Origin: Octopus sinensis
Lineage: Eukaryota
NCBI RefSeq assembly: GCF_006345805.1
Contig: NC_043007.1
Coordinates: forward strand, 17,236,001 to 17,300,000
Direction of reading: 5' to 3'
DNA: 64,000 bases
The notes beneath the pieces are model-generated. The model was not told the DNA's origin. It saw only the letters and a list, made by a program, of their open reading frames with translations, and did not search any database. Shown here in pieces: positions 23,946-35,438 of this stretch (its first letter is position 1; the number at the start of each line of letters is the position of its first letter). The position numbers were made by a program, and so were the translations under genes.

Positions 23946-25736
23946 GATGAAGGAGCCGCTATGTTGTCACTCAGTATGCTAGAAATAACAGTTAGATTTT
24001 ATGCAAATCACACTGTCTGGAATAATGGAGGATCCTCTTTGTGGTCACTCAACATGCTAGAAATAGCAGCTAGATTTCATGCAAATCACACTTACTGTCT
24101 TAAAGATATGATGGGATTGTGACAACTGGAATAATGGAGGAGCCTTTATGTGGTCACTCAGCATGCTAGAAATAGCAGCTAGATTTCATTCAAATCACAC
24201 TTACTGTCTTAGAGATATGATGGGATTGTGACAACTGGAATAATGGAGGAGCCTTTATGTGGTCACTCAGCATGCTAGAAATAGCAGCTAGATTTCATGC
24301 AAATCACACTTACTGTCTTAGAGATATGATGGGATTGTGACAACTGGAATAATGGAGGAGCCGCTATGTGGTCACTCAACATGCTAGAAATAGCAGCTAG
24401 ATTTCATGCAAATCACACTTACTGTCTTAAAGATATGATGGGATTGTGACAACTGGAATAATGGAGGAGCCTTTATGTGGTCACTCAGCATGCTAGAAAT
24501 AGCAGCTAGATTTCATTCAAATCACACTCTTAATATGATGGGATTGTCACAACTGGATTAATGGAGGAGCCTTTATGTGGTCACTCAGCATGCTAGAAAT
24601 AGCAGCTAGATTTCATGCAAATCACACTTACTGTCTTAGAGATATGATGGGATTGTGACAACTGGAATAATGGAGGAGCCGCTATGTGGTCACTCAACAT
24701 GCTAGAAATAGCAGCTAGATTTCATGCAAATCACACTTACTGTCTTAAAGATATGATGGGATTGTGACAACTGGAATAATGGAGGAGCCTTTATGTGGTC
24801 ACTCAGCATGCTAGAAATAGCAGCTAGATTTCATTCAAATCACACTCTTAATATGATGGGATTGTCACAACTGGATTAATGGAGGAGCCTTTATGTGGTC
24901 ACTCAGCATGCTAGAAATAGCAGCTAGATTTTATGCAAATCACACTTACTGTCTTAAAGATATGATGGGATTGTGACAACTGGAATAATGGAGGAGCCTT
25001 ACGTGGTCACTCAGCATGCTAGAAATAGCAGCTAGATTTTATGCAAATCACACTTACTGTCTTAAAGATATGATGGGATTGTGACAACTGGAATAATGGA
25101 GGAGCCTTTACGTGGTCACTCAGCATGCTAGAAATAGCAGCTAGATTTCATTCAAATCACACTCTTAATATGATGGGATTGTCACAACTGGATTAATGGA
25201 GGAGCCTTTATGTGGTCACTCAGCATGCTAGAAATAGCAGCTAGATTTTATGCAAATCACACTTACTGTCTCAACAATATGATGGAATTGTCACAACTGC
25301 AATAATGGAAGAACCTCTATGTGGTCACTCAACATGCTAGAAATAGCAGCTAGATTTTATGCAAATCACACTTACTGTCTTAAAAATATGATGGGATTGT
25401 GACAACTAGAATGATGGAAGAGCCCATATGTGGTCACTCAAGTTGCTAGAAATAGCAGCTAGATTTCATTCAAATCACACTCTCAACAATATGATGGAAT
25501 TGTCACAACTGCAATAATGGAGGTGCCTCTATGTGGTCACTCAACATGCTAGAAATAGCAGCTAGATTTCATGCAAATCACACTTTGTTAACAATATGAT
25601 GGAATTGTCACAACTGGAATAATGGAGGAGCCGCTACCTGGTCACTCAATATGCTAGAAATAGCAGCTAGATTTCATGCAAATCGCATCTTACTGTCTTA
25701 AAAATACAACGGGATTGTTGTCACAACTGGGAGGCC
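23946..25736. repeat. Tandem array, about 17 units of 100-109 bp with a 318-bp higher-order repeat
   Basis: The unit marker atatgatggga recurs at 24106, 24215, 24324, 24433, 24533, 24642, 24751, 24851, 24960, 25068 and 25168; diverged units continue at 25277, 25386, 25489 and 25594. Confidence 0.97.
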
Positions 25737-25986
25737 TTTGTTCATAGGTTTGTGCAGTTAGATCTGACATGACATAGGAAAAACAACAACAGGTATTAAT
25801 TACCTGGTGTACTTTCTTGGTGTTGTTTTGACTGTGTGCTAAACTATCTACTTTATACTGACCAGTATTGTAACTTCAATGTTACAATGGGAGTTATTAA
25901 GTGTATACATATTAGCATAGGGAGTTACTAACACTGATGTATACCTTTTATAGACTGATCAGTGTTATGACAAAATAGTATCACTA

Positions 25987-26017
<31 letters not shown>

Positions 26018-26049
26018 GAGATGTGGAACACGAGTTTTGATATATATTA

Positions 26050-26356
26050 AAAAGGAAATGAAGAAAATGCTGACAAAATAATTTAAGTAATTTAATTAGG
26101 TGAAAGTTCTTTTTACCGGTTGCGCATTTGTTATGCTTATCAAAAGATAATTTTTTAAGAGAGATAGAGTTCTTTTCTGATAGATTTTTTCCTCTTTTCC
26201 AGATAAGAGGAAAAAATCTATCAGAGAAGAACTCTACCTCTCTTAAAAAAATTATCTTTTGATAAGCATAACAAATGCGCAACCGGTAAAAAGAACTTTC
26301 ACCTAATTAAATTACTTAAATTGCTTAAATTATTTTGTCAGCATTTTCTTCATTTC

Positions 26357-26361
<5 letters not shown>
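26050..26361. repeat. 312-bp near-perfect palindrome (fold-back element)
   Basis: Arms of about 147 and 157 bp around an 8-nt loop ttccagat (26197-26204); the right arm carries a 9-nt duplication. Confidence 0.93.
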
Positions 26362-26406
<45 letters not shown>

Positions 26407-26487
26407 TATAACAACAAAATTTTGATATAGAGTTACCTAAGGTTTTACACCTGCAAAGCCTTGCGGACAGCTCATTAGACTCTATAC

Positions 26488-26706
26488 CAGTGGTTTTCAA
26501 CCAGGGTTCCGCGGAACCTTAGGGTCCCGCCAGTACAGTCCAGGGGTTCTGCAAGAAGTTACAAAACTGCTAAAATCGGCAGTAATTTTTAATTCTCCTG
26601 TGCAGATATGTGTGCATAAGACTATTAAATTATTGCACAGGGGTTCCTCGAGCCAGTGGAATGCTTCCTTGGGGTTCCGCTCCAGCAAAAAGTTTGAAAA
26701 GCACTG
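26488..26706. mobile_element. hAT-type MITE
   Basis: TIRs cagtggttttcaac / tttgaaaagcactg; 8-bp TSD ctctatac / ctctatat. Confidence 0.88.
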
Positions 26707-27067
26707 CTCTATATAAACTCTGTAATAATTATTGCTCTATTTTTTAGAGTGTGCTTCTTTCTGATATATGTTTTTTTTTTTATTAACTACCATATTTTAA
26801 TGTTTATAAGGAAGCCTTGTGTATAAGGAACTCCCTAATTTTTGGAGCTTAAAATTTGGAAAAAAAAGTTTTGTAAGGCATTATAATACTATCCATGTAT
26901 AAGAAACTCCCATATTTTTTAACTTAATTTTTGACAAAAAAGGATTCCTTATGCATTGAAATATGGTGTGTATGTATATATATATATATATTACAGCAGT
27001 GTATCAGACTAATGTTATCCATTTACTTTGTTTGTCATTATGCCATTTGTTGGTAATCTCCAATGAA

Positions 27068-27982
27068 CTTGTACCAAAATACTATTTATGTTACTATTGG
27101 CCATCTCCTATGTATCGGTCAAAGTGCCATTACACTAGTGTTGGCAATCTCCTATGTACTTGCTAAAATGCAGTTATGCTACAATTGGCAACTCCTATGT
27201 TTTGGTCAAAATACCATTACCCTAGTATTGACAACTTCCTATGTATTGGTCAAAATACTATTACTCCTGTGTTGGCAGTCTCCTTATATACTGGTCAGAA
27301 TGCCATTACACTAGTGTCGGTAATCTCCTACGTACTTGCTAAAATGCAATTATGCTACTATTGGTCAAAATACCATTACCCTAGTGTTAACAATTTCCTA
27401 TGTACTGGTCAAAATACTATTACACCCGTGTTGGCAGTCTCCTTATATACTGGTCAGAATGCCATTACACTAGTGTCGGTAATCTCCTACGTACTTGCTA
27501 AAATGGCATTATGCTACTATTGGTCAAAATACCATTACCCTAGTGTTGACAACTTCCTATGTACTGGTCAAAATACTATTACACCTGTGTTGGCAGTCTC
27601 CTTATATACTGGTCAGAATGCCATTACACTAGTGTTGGTAATCTCCTACGTACTTACTTGCTAAAATGGCATTATGCTACTATTGGTCAAAATACCATTA
27701 CCCTAGTGTTGACAATTTCCTATGTACTGGTCAAAATACTATTACACCTGTGTTGGCAGTCTCCTTATATACTGGCCAAAATGCCATTACACTAGTGTTG
27801 GCAATCTCCTACGTACTTGCTAAAATGCAATTATCCTACTATTGGTCAAAATACCATTACCCTAGTGTTGACAATTTCCTATGTACTGGTCAAAATACTA
27901 TTACACCGTGTTGGCAGTCTCCTTATATACTGGTCAGAATGCCATTACACTAGTGTTGGCAATCTCCTATGTACTTACTAAA
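27068..27982. repeat. Tandem array, 159-bp unit built from about 43-bp monomers
   Basis: ggtcaaaataccattaccctag recurs at 27204, 27363, 27522, 27685 and 27844 (spacing 159, 159, 163, 159). Confidence 0.95.
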
Positions 27983-28044
27983 CTTGTGGTACCCAAGCCT
28001 TGAGAAAAATGAGCTACATCTGTACTTAAGTGATACATTTTCTC

Positions 28045-28050
28045 AATAAA
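28045..28050 (+). promoter_or_regulatory. Candidate polyadenylation signal (first canonical AATAAA after the SAV1 stop)
   Basis: A manual scan of 22381-28044 found only variant hexamers (TATAAA, AATACA, ATTAAA at 26046); AATAAA occurs at 28045. Confidence 0.35.
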
Positions 28051-28164
28051 TTATTGTGCCTTCAACTGTAGCAGCAACATTGACTCTATTCAGCCATTAG
28101 TTGCTATTTTGATTGTTCTAAGCAACCAAGAAACCTTGCCAATTTGAAACCTTAGAAAAATGTC

Positions 28165-28345
<181 letters not shown>

Positions 28346-28747
28346 CTTACGTGTGTGTGTATGTATATATAATCATGAAATAACCCGAGTATTGAATGAA
28401 TGCCTTCTTTTGTTAATACTATTTTTGTTGAAAAATAATGGAGAGACATCATTTAATGAAGAAATGTACATAAAGTGTGTTAGAATGTGTGCAATTAAAC
28501 AAAATTTTCTTTAAAATATTCGTTTCCGTTTTATTCTTTTTTTATATGTGTTGATGATTTAAATGTGTTTCTCTGTCAGCTGTGAAAGATACATAAGAAG
28601 CCTGATACAGCATTGAAGTGAGCCAACAAGGGGGCTTATATGGTTGCTTGACTTGCTAGAAATAGCAGTCAAACATCCATCAAATTATAGTCTGTCATTT
28701 TGGAAAAGAAAAACATACGAGAATAATAGCAGTGAAACAAAGACGGA

Positions 28748-29554
28748 AGAAGGTCAATTTGTCAGAGAAAGCAAAAGAAAATCACTACATCAGATCTAAA
28801 ATGCTCTTAAACAAACTGAAAAATCCAGCAGAAGATTTGATTTGGTTTTTCTCAAGAATAAAACTTCAACCAAGATCAAAAAGTTAACAGAAGAAATGAC
28901 AGATAGTTATGAGCAGACCCTTCTGAAGTTCCAGGTGTTATGCATACAAAATTTCCTGCAACTGTCATGGTTTTAGGGGTTGTCAGCAATGAAGAACATG
29001 TGATGCCTCCTTACTTCTTTCCAGAAGGCCTTAGAGTTAACTCTGCCGCCTACATTGAGATCCTGGAAAGAATTGCTAAGCTCTGGATAGACAGTGTATG
29101 CAATGGAAGGCCATACGTGTTTCAGTAAAACCCTTCGCTATCACACATGGCTCTAGTAACACAGGAATGGATAGCTGAAAATGTTCATGATTACATAACC
29201 CCTAACATTGGGCCTAATTCCTCAGATTTCAATCCATTGGACTATTACATGTGGAGTGTTGTTGAGAGAGAGATCAATGAACACTCCCATAATACCAAAG
29301 ATTCTTTGAAAGCTGCCATAGTCAGAGTAATGTCCAAAATGAACCAGGACCACTTGATTCGAGCATGTAGATGATTTAGGTCTCATATAGAAGCAGTTGC
29401 TGCAGCTGACGGTGGCTTTATTGAATAACATTATAGAAAAGAAGGTTTAGTTTTTTTCCTCATAGCATTTTTTGATAAATAAAGTTATTTGTTATTATAT
29501 ATCTGTTTTTTTTTTATAAGCATAAATCTGTCCTCAAATATCTTATGCACCCTG
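28748..29554 (+). pseudogene. Degenerate DD37D (maT)-type Tc1/mariner transposase, 3' half, with right TIR
   Basis: Fragments NFNQDQKVNRRNDR, HTKFPATVMVLGVVSNE.HVMPPYFF, FQ*N and NSSDFNPLDYYMWSVVE; stops and frameshifts present; ends ...ttatgcaccctg|TA. Confidence 0.85.
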
Positions 29555-29578
29555 TATATATATATATATATATGTGTG

Positions 29579-29855
29579 TGTGGAGGTGCAATGGCCCAGT
29601 GTTTAGGGCAGCAGACTTGCAGTCGGAGGATCACGGTTTTGATTCCCAGACCGGGCGTTGTGTGTGTTTATTGAGCGAAAACACCTAAAAGCTCCATGAG
29701 GCTCCAGCAGGGGGTGGTAGCGACCCATGTTGTACTCTTTCGCCCCAATTTTCTCTCACTCTTCCTGTTCCAGCTAGTGGGGAACACATACGCCACAGAA
29801 ACCGGGCCCATGAGCCTGGCTGGGCTTGAAAAGGGCGCATAAATAAAAAATAAAA
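29579..29855 (+). mobile_element. SINE family E copy
   Basis: Colinear with the reverse complement of 8821-9135; A-rich tail. Confidence 0.8.
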
Positions 29856-29856
29856 T

Positions 29857-29887
<31 letters not shown>

Positions 29888-30028
29888 TATTTCACTTGGT
29901 CATTGTGAGACTAATAACCTGGTGTAGAACTCAGTATGCACATACTTCAGAATGAAGTGTTGGTCGAGTACAGAGTGGTAATAAGATGAAATGACAAAGG
30001 AATAAACAGTTATCTTATGAACTTCATT

Positions 30029-30109
30029 AGCTTACAGCTGTTTCTGCTATAAGATGCAGTGGACTCATAGTTGAGTGCCTGACCAACACCTTATAGCTTC
30101 ATCAGAGCC
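30029..30109 (-). ncRNA. Minimal type I hammerhead ribozyme motif (Penelope-like pLTR type)
   Basis: The minus strand reads GGCT-CTGATGA-A-GCTATAAGGTG...CATCTTATAGC-A-GAAA-CAGCTG-T-A-AGCT: 11-bp helix II, palindromic loopless helix III, GUA triplet, 4-bp helix I. Confidence 0.75.
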
Positions 30110-30156
30110 TCAAATATGAAGTGCCTTCATATATACAATAGGCTTCTACAGTTTCT

Positions 30157-30563
30157 TATTTCTTTACTGCCCACAAGGGGCTAAACATAGTGGGGACAAA
30201 CAAGGACAGACAAGAGAATTAAATCGATTACATTGACCCCAGTGTGTAACTGGTAGTTAATTTATCAACCTCGAAAGGATGAAAGGCAAAGTTGACCTTG
30301 GCAGAATTTGAACTCAGGACGTAAAGACAGATGAAATACCTATTTCTTTACTACCCACAAGGGGCTAAACACAGAGAAGACAAACAAGGACAGACAAATG
30401 GATTAAGTCAATACATCGACCCCAGTGCGTAACTGGTACTTAATTTATCGACTCTGAAAGGTAAAGTCAACCTCGGCGGAATTTGAACTCAGGACGTAAA
30501 GACAGATGAAATACTACTAAGCATTTCACCCGGCGTACTAACGTTTCTGCCAGCTCACCACCT
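30157..30563 (-). mobile_element. SINE family B dimer (one head, two bodies)
   Basis: A second body joins at ...gaaatacc|tatttcttt; several CpGs have decayed. Confidence 0.85.
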
Positions 30564-31078
30564 TCTACACACATTTCTGTCTATCAAATTCACTCACAAG
30601 ACATTGGTCGACCTTGGGTGTTACACTGTGGAACTGAACCCAAAATCATGAGGTTGCAAACCAAGCTTCTTAACCATTCACCCATGCCTGCACCTATATC
30701 GTATTAGTTCCTATCTCCAGTTGTTCTTGGCTGGCCGTGTCATTGACTCAAACCTCTTCCACTTTTCCTCTCAAACTAACACATTCCAGCTGTTTCTTGA
30801 CATTTAATTTGGTTTCCATTGAATAATTAAAAAGGTTGGATATTTTTCGTTGTTGTTGTTGTTGTTTATTTTTGTTGTCTGCACTTCTGAAGTCATTGTA
30901 GCATCACTGTTATCTTGTGTTGCCATTTCAGCGAACCACTTCACATCACGTACTCAAAGACTTGTATGAAGACAGCAGTGATGTATATAAAACATAAGGA
31001 ATCACTCTCAGCTGTCTAGGCTCTAATCTCTTCAGTACACGGTACAATTCTGCTTATATTTAATATGGGTAAGGCATT

Positions 31079-31310
31079 TATTGTGCCAGTGGTACGCCTG
31101 TGCCAGTGGCACGCCTATGCTGGTGGCACGTAAAAAGTACCCACTACACTCTTGGAGTGGTTGGCGTTAGGAAGGGCATCCAGCTGTAGAAACTCTGCCA
31201 GATCAAGATTGGAGCCTGGTGCAGCCATCTGGTTCGCCAGTCCTCAGTCAAATCGTCCAACCCATGCTAGCATGGAAAGCGGACGTTAAACGACGATGAT
31301 GATGATGATA
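31079..31310 (+). mobile_element. SINE-like family C copy (short)
   Basis: Core and (GAT)n tail. Confidence 0.85.
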
Positions 31311-31908
31311 GTACTGTGCTTCTCTTCTGTTTTTGTTTTGAAATTTAGCTGCCGGGGTAAGAAGCTTGCTTCCCACCCTATGGTTCTAGGTTCAGTCCCA
31401 CCGCATGGCACCTTGGGAAAGTGCCTTCTACTGTAGCTCCAGACCTATGAAAGCCTTGTGAGTGGATTTGGTGGATGGAAACTGAAAGAAGCCTATTGTA
31501 TACATACGTGGTGGTGGTGGGGGGGGAGCTGTGTGGTAAGAAGTTTGCTTCCAAACCACATGGATCTGGGTTCAGTCCTACCTTCTATTGTAGCCGACCA
31601 AAGCTTTGTGATTGGATAAGGTTGAAGGAAATATAAAGAAGACCATCATTGTATGTATATGTGTGTTTTTGTGTCTGTCCCCCATGACTACTTGACAACC
31701 AGTAGCTCATAATTACCCAGGGCATGGTTGTCACATATATGCTAAGTCACAGATTTGGTGAGCTGGGGCTTAGTCACATAAACCAACTCCACTATTTGAC
31801 CAGTACTTTAGTTTATCAACCCCAAAAGAATGGAAGGTACCAAAACTTTGTTGAGATTTGGACTCAGAATGTAAAGAACCAGAACAAATGTTACATTTTG
31901 TCTGATGT

Positions 31909-32297
31909 TACTCTTTTACTTGTTTCAGTCATTTGACTGCGGCCATGCTGGAGCACCACCTTTAGTCGAGCAAATCGACCTCAGGACTTATTTTTTGTAA
32001 GCCTAGTACTTATTCTGTTGGTCTCTTGCCGAACCGCTAAGTTACAGGGATGTAAACACACCATCGGTTGTCAAGCAACGTTGGGGGACAAACACAGACA
32101 CACAAACATATACACATACATACATATCTACATATATGCGACGGGCTTCTTTCAGTTTCCGTCTACCAAATCCACTCACAAGGCTCTTGTCCACCTGAGG
32201 CTATAGTAGAAGACACTTGCCCAAGGTGCCATGCAGTGGGACTGAACCCGGAACCATGTGGTTTGTAAGCAAGCTACTTACCACACAGCCACTCCTG
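31909..32297 (-). mobile_element. SINE family A copy
   Basis: Full reverse-complement copy from head to tail. Confidence 0.88.
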
Positions 32298-32923
32298 ACT
32301 ATTCTGCCAAGCCACCAAAAAGCAATAACAATTTCTAGTATAGACACAAAAACAGAAATTTGAATTTAGGTAGGGATAAAGTTGATTATATCAAACCCCA
32401 GTATTTGACTGGTACTTTATTTATCTACCCCAGAGGGATGAAAAGCAAAGTCATCTTCTGCTAAATATTTGAACTCAGAATATAAAGTACTGAGATAAAT
32501 TCACTCAAACATCATCATCATCATCATTTAGTATCCATTTTCCATGTTGTCATGTATTGAACAGTTTGGCAGGAGCTACACTAGGTTCCATAGTCTGTTT
32601 TCGCATGGCTTCTACAGCTGGATGCCCTTCCTAATGCCAACCACTGTACAGGGTGTACTGGGTGTGTTTTGCATGGCACCATCACCAATTCTGCCAATTC
32701 ACTGAACAGTAACAATTGTTACTGATTTAGACACAGTTGTTGAGTTGTGACCCCCTTCGGTCATGACTGACCGTGGGATTGCACCTAGAAAGTTACCCTC
32801 CCAGGCATGGTTGAATCCATAAAACATAGAACATGGTTGGGTCCATAAAAGAGGATTTGACTACACCTCCATTTAGAGCACAGTTTAAGCTATCTTTTCG
32901 TGGAAGAAGGTTTATGTTCCTAT

Positions 32924-33258
32924 TGAGACCCCCATTGGTCATGACTAACCGTGGGATTGCACCTAGAAAGTTCCCAAACCAGGCACAAGTCCAGGAAATG
33001 TTGTTTGTGGAAGACCAGCAGTCGCCCATGCATACTGGCCTCCCCTCTTCATGCCACCAATGTTATCCAAGGGAAAGGCAACAGCAGATATAGCTTGGCA
33101 CCTGTGACATCGCAACTCATTTCTACAGCTGAGTGAACTGGAGCAACGTGAAATAAAGTGTCTTTCTCAGGAACACAACATGCAGCCTGGTCCGGGATTC
33201 GAACTCACAACCTCACGATCGTAAGCTCGACGCTCTAACCACTGAGCTATGCGCCTTC
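32924..33258 (-). mobile_element. tRNA-derived SINE family D with well-preserved head
   Basis: Minus strand GAAGGCGCATAGCTCAGTGGTTAGAGCGTCGAGCTTACGATCGTGAGGTTGTGAGTTCGAATCCCGG with A and B boxes; its 3' end is repeated at about 32746-32808. Confidence 0.8.
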
Positions 33259-33616
33259 ACTTTAGACACAAGGCCAGCAATTTTGAGGGTAGGTGGGTTA
33301 AGCCAATACCATCCACACCAGTAGATAACTGATTCTTTATTTTATTGACCTTGATGAAACTTATTGAATACAAGTCTACAGATCTGGAAAGGAAATGGTA
33401 TTATCTGTTGAATTGGTTTTGGAAATGGAAAACGTTTGGCAACAGAATAGGCATCCAGTCATGGAAATCTGCCTCGGAAAATTCCGTCTGACCCATGCAA
33501 GCATGGAAAAGCGGAGGTTAAATGACGGTTTAACAAACTCAGAGATAATAATCAAAGTCAATCCCCAAGCTGGATTTGAACTCAGAACAGATGGGGTAAG
33601 GCCGTTATTATATACC

Positions 33617-34033
33617 TATTTCTTTACTACCCACAAGGGGCTAAACACAGAGGGGACAAACAAGGACAGACATAGGTATTAAGCCGATTACATCGACCCC
33701 AGTGCGTAACTGGTACTTAATTTATCGACCCCGAAAGGATGAAAGGCAAAGTCGACCTCGGCGGAATTTGAACTCAGAACGTAACGGCAGACGAAATACC
33801 TATTTCTTTATTATCCACAAGGGGCTAAACACAGAGGGGACAAACAAGGACAGACATAGGTATTAAGTCGATTACATCGACCCCAGTACGCAACTGGTAC
33901 TTAATTTATCGACCCCGAAAGGATGAAAGGCAAAGTCGACCTCGGCGGAATTTGAACTCAGAACGTAACGACAGACGAAATACCGCTAAGCATTTCGCCC
34001 GACGTGCTAACGATTCTGCCAGCTCGCCGCCTT
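33617..34033 (-). mobile_element. SINE family B dimer with a single 20-bp TSD
   Basis: TSD taaggccgttattatatacc at 33597-33616 and 34034-34053. Confidence 0.92.
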
Positions 34034-34247
34034 TAAGGCCGTTATTATATACCATCAAACGTGGCACTTTACAGTCTCCTCTGCCACTCCATCACCTTAA
34101 CTTCTGAGACGATAATATTGTATAAACAAGGCAAAAAACTATATCTGTAACTAGTTTTGAGTCCAACACACAAACGTTAACCAGAGCAAATGATTGAAGC
34201 ACCAGCTACATATATATATATGTATATATATATGAAGCACCAGCTAC

Positions 34248-34345
<98 letters not shown>

Positions 34346-34795
34346 GAAGCAAAGCGAAAAGAAAAAGAAAGAAAAACAAAATATGCACACAGATGGAATG
34401 TGAAAGCAGCAGATATATAAATACAAACGGCTTTCATAGAATCTCTCTTTGTAGTTCTCTACTACTTGATGCAATCATGTCGGCCGAGATTCCTATATCA
34501 TCTTTCATCTTCTTTCTATTGTTCTCCGTTGAAGACAGTTCTTGTACACGCTCTTAGTTTCTTGCCTGTGTTCGTTCTTGGCTGGCAGTGTCGTTCAATC
34601 AAACCTCTTCCGCTCTTCTTTCAAATACAACATATAAACAGCTGTTTCTTGACATTTAATTTGGCTTCCACTGAATAATTTAAAAACGTTGGTCTCTGTT
34701 TTCGTGAAGTCGTTGTAGCCATTCGGAAGTCTTGTTGTGGCTATTTCGGTGAACCACCTTACATCACATGTACACACGTGTGTGTGTGTGTGTGT

Positions 34796-35367
34796 GAAGG
34801 CGCCTGGTTTAGTGGTCAGGGTATTCGGCTCAGGAATAAGGGCGCCGAGCTGGCAGAAACGTTAGCACGCCGGGCGAAATGCTTTGTGGTATCTCGTCCG
34901 CCGCTGCGTTCTGAGTTCAAATTCCGCCGAGGTCCACTTTACCTTTCATCCTTTCGGGGTCGATAAATTAAGTACCAGTGACGCACTGGGGTCGATGTAA
35001 TCGACTTAATCCGTTTGTCTGTCCTTGTTTGTCCTCTCTGTGTTTAGCCCCTTGTGGGTAGTAAAGAAATAGGTATTCGGCTCACGACCATAAGATTGCG
35101 AGTTCGTTTCCCGGTGGCGCGACTTGTCCTTGAGCAAGACACTTTATTTCACATTGCTCCAGTCCACTCGGCTGGCAATAATGAGTTGCACCTGTAATTC
35201 AAAGGGCCAGTCTTGTTGCATTCTGTGCCACACTGAATCTCCCTGCGAACTACGTTAAGGGTACGTGTGTCTGTGGAGTACTCAGCCACTTGCAAGTTAA
35301 TGTCTTGAGCAGGTTCCGTTGATCGGATCAACTGGAACCCTCGTCGTCGCAACCGACGGAGTGGCAG
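34796..35367 (+). mobile_element. tRNA-headed SINE (head related to family D) interrupted by a family B SINE (34833-35071)
   Basis: TSD ggtattcggctca at 34820-34832 / 35072-35084 lies inside the host tRNA-like head. Confidence 0.85.
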
Positions 35368-35438
35368 TCTCTCTCTCTCCCTTCTCTCTAAATGTATACG
35401 TATATGGAAATGTACACACACCAGCGCGCGTGTGCTTG

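Noticed and set aside
23946-25736. CRISPR-like appearance of regularly spaced repeats
   Set aside because: The whole unit is repeated with no unique spacers, there are no cas genes, and the context is eukaryotic.
33185-33257. tRNA-like sequence on the minus strand with good A and B boxes
   Set aside because: The acceptor and anticodon stems do not pair properly and it continues into a SINE body, so it is a SINE head, not a tRNA gene.
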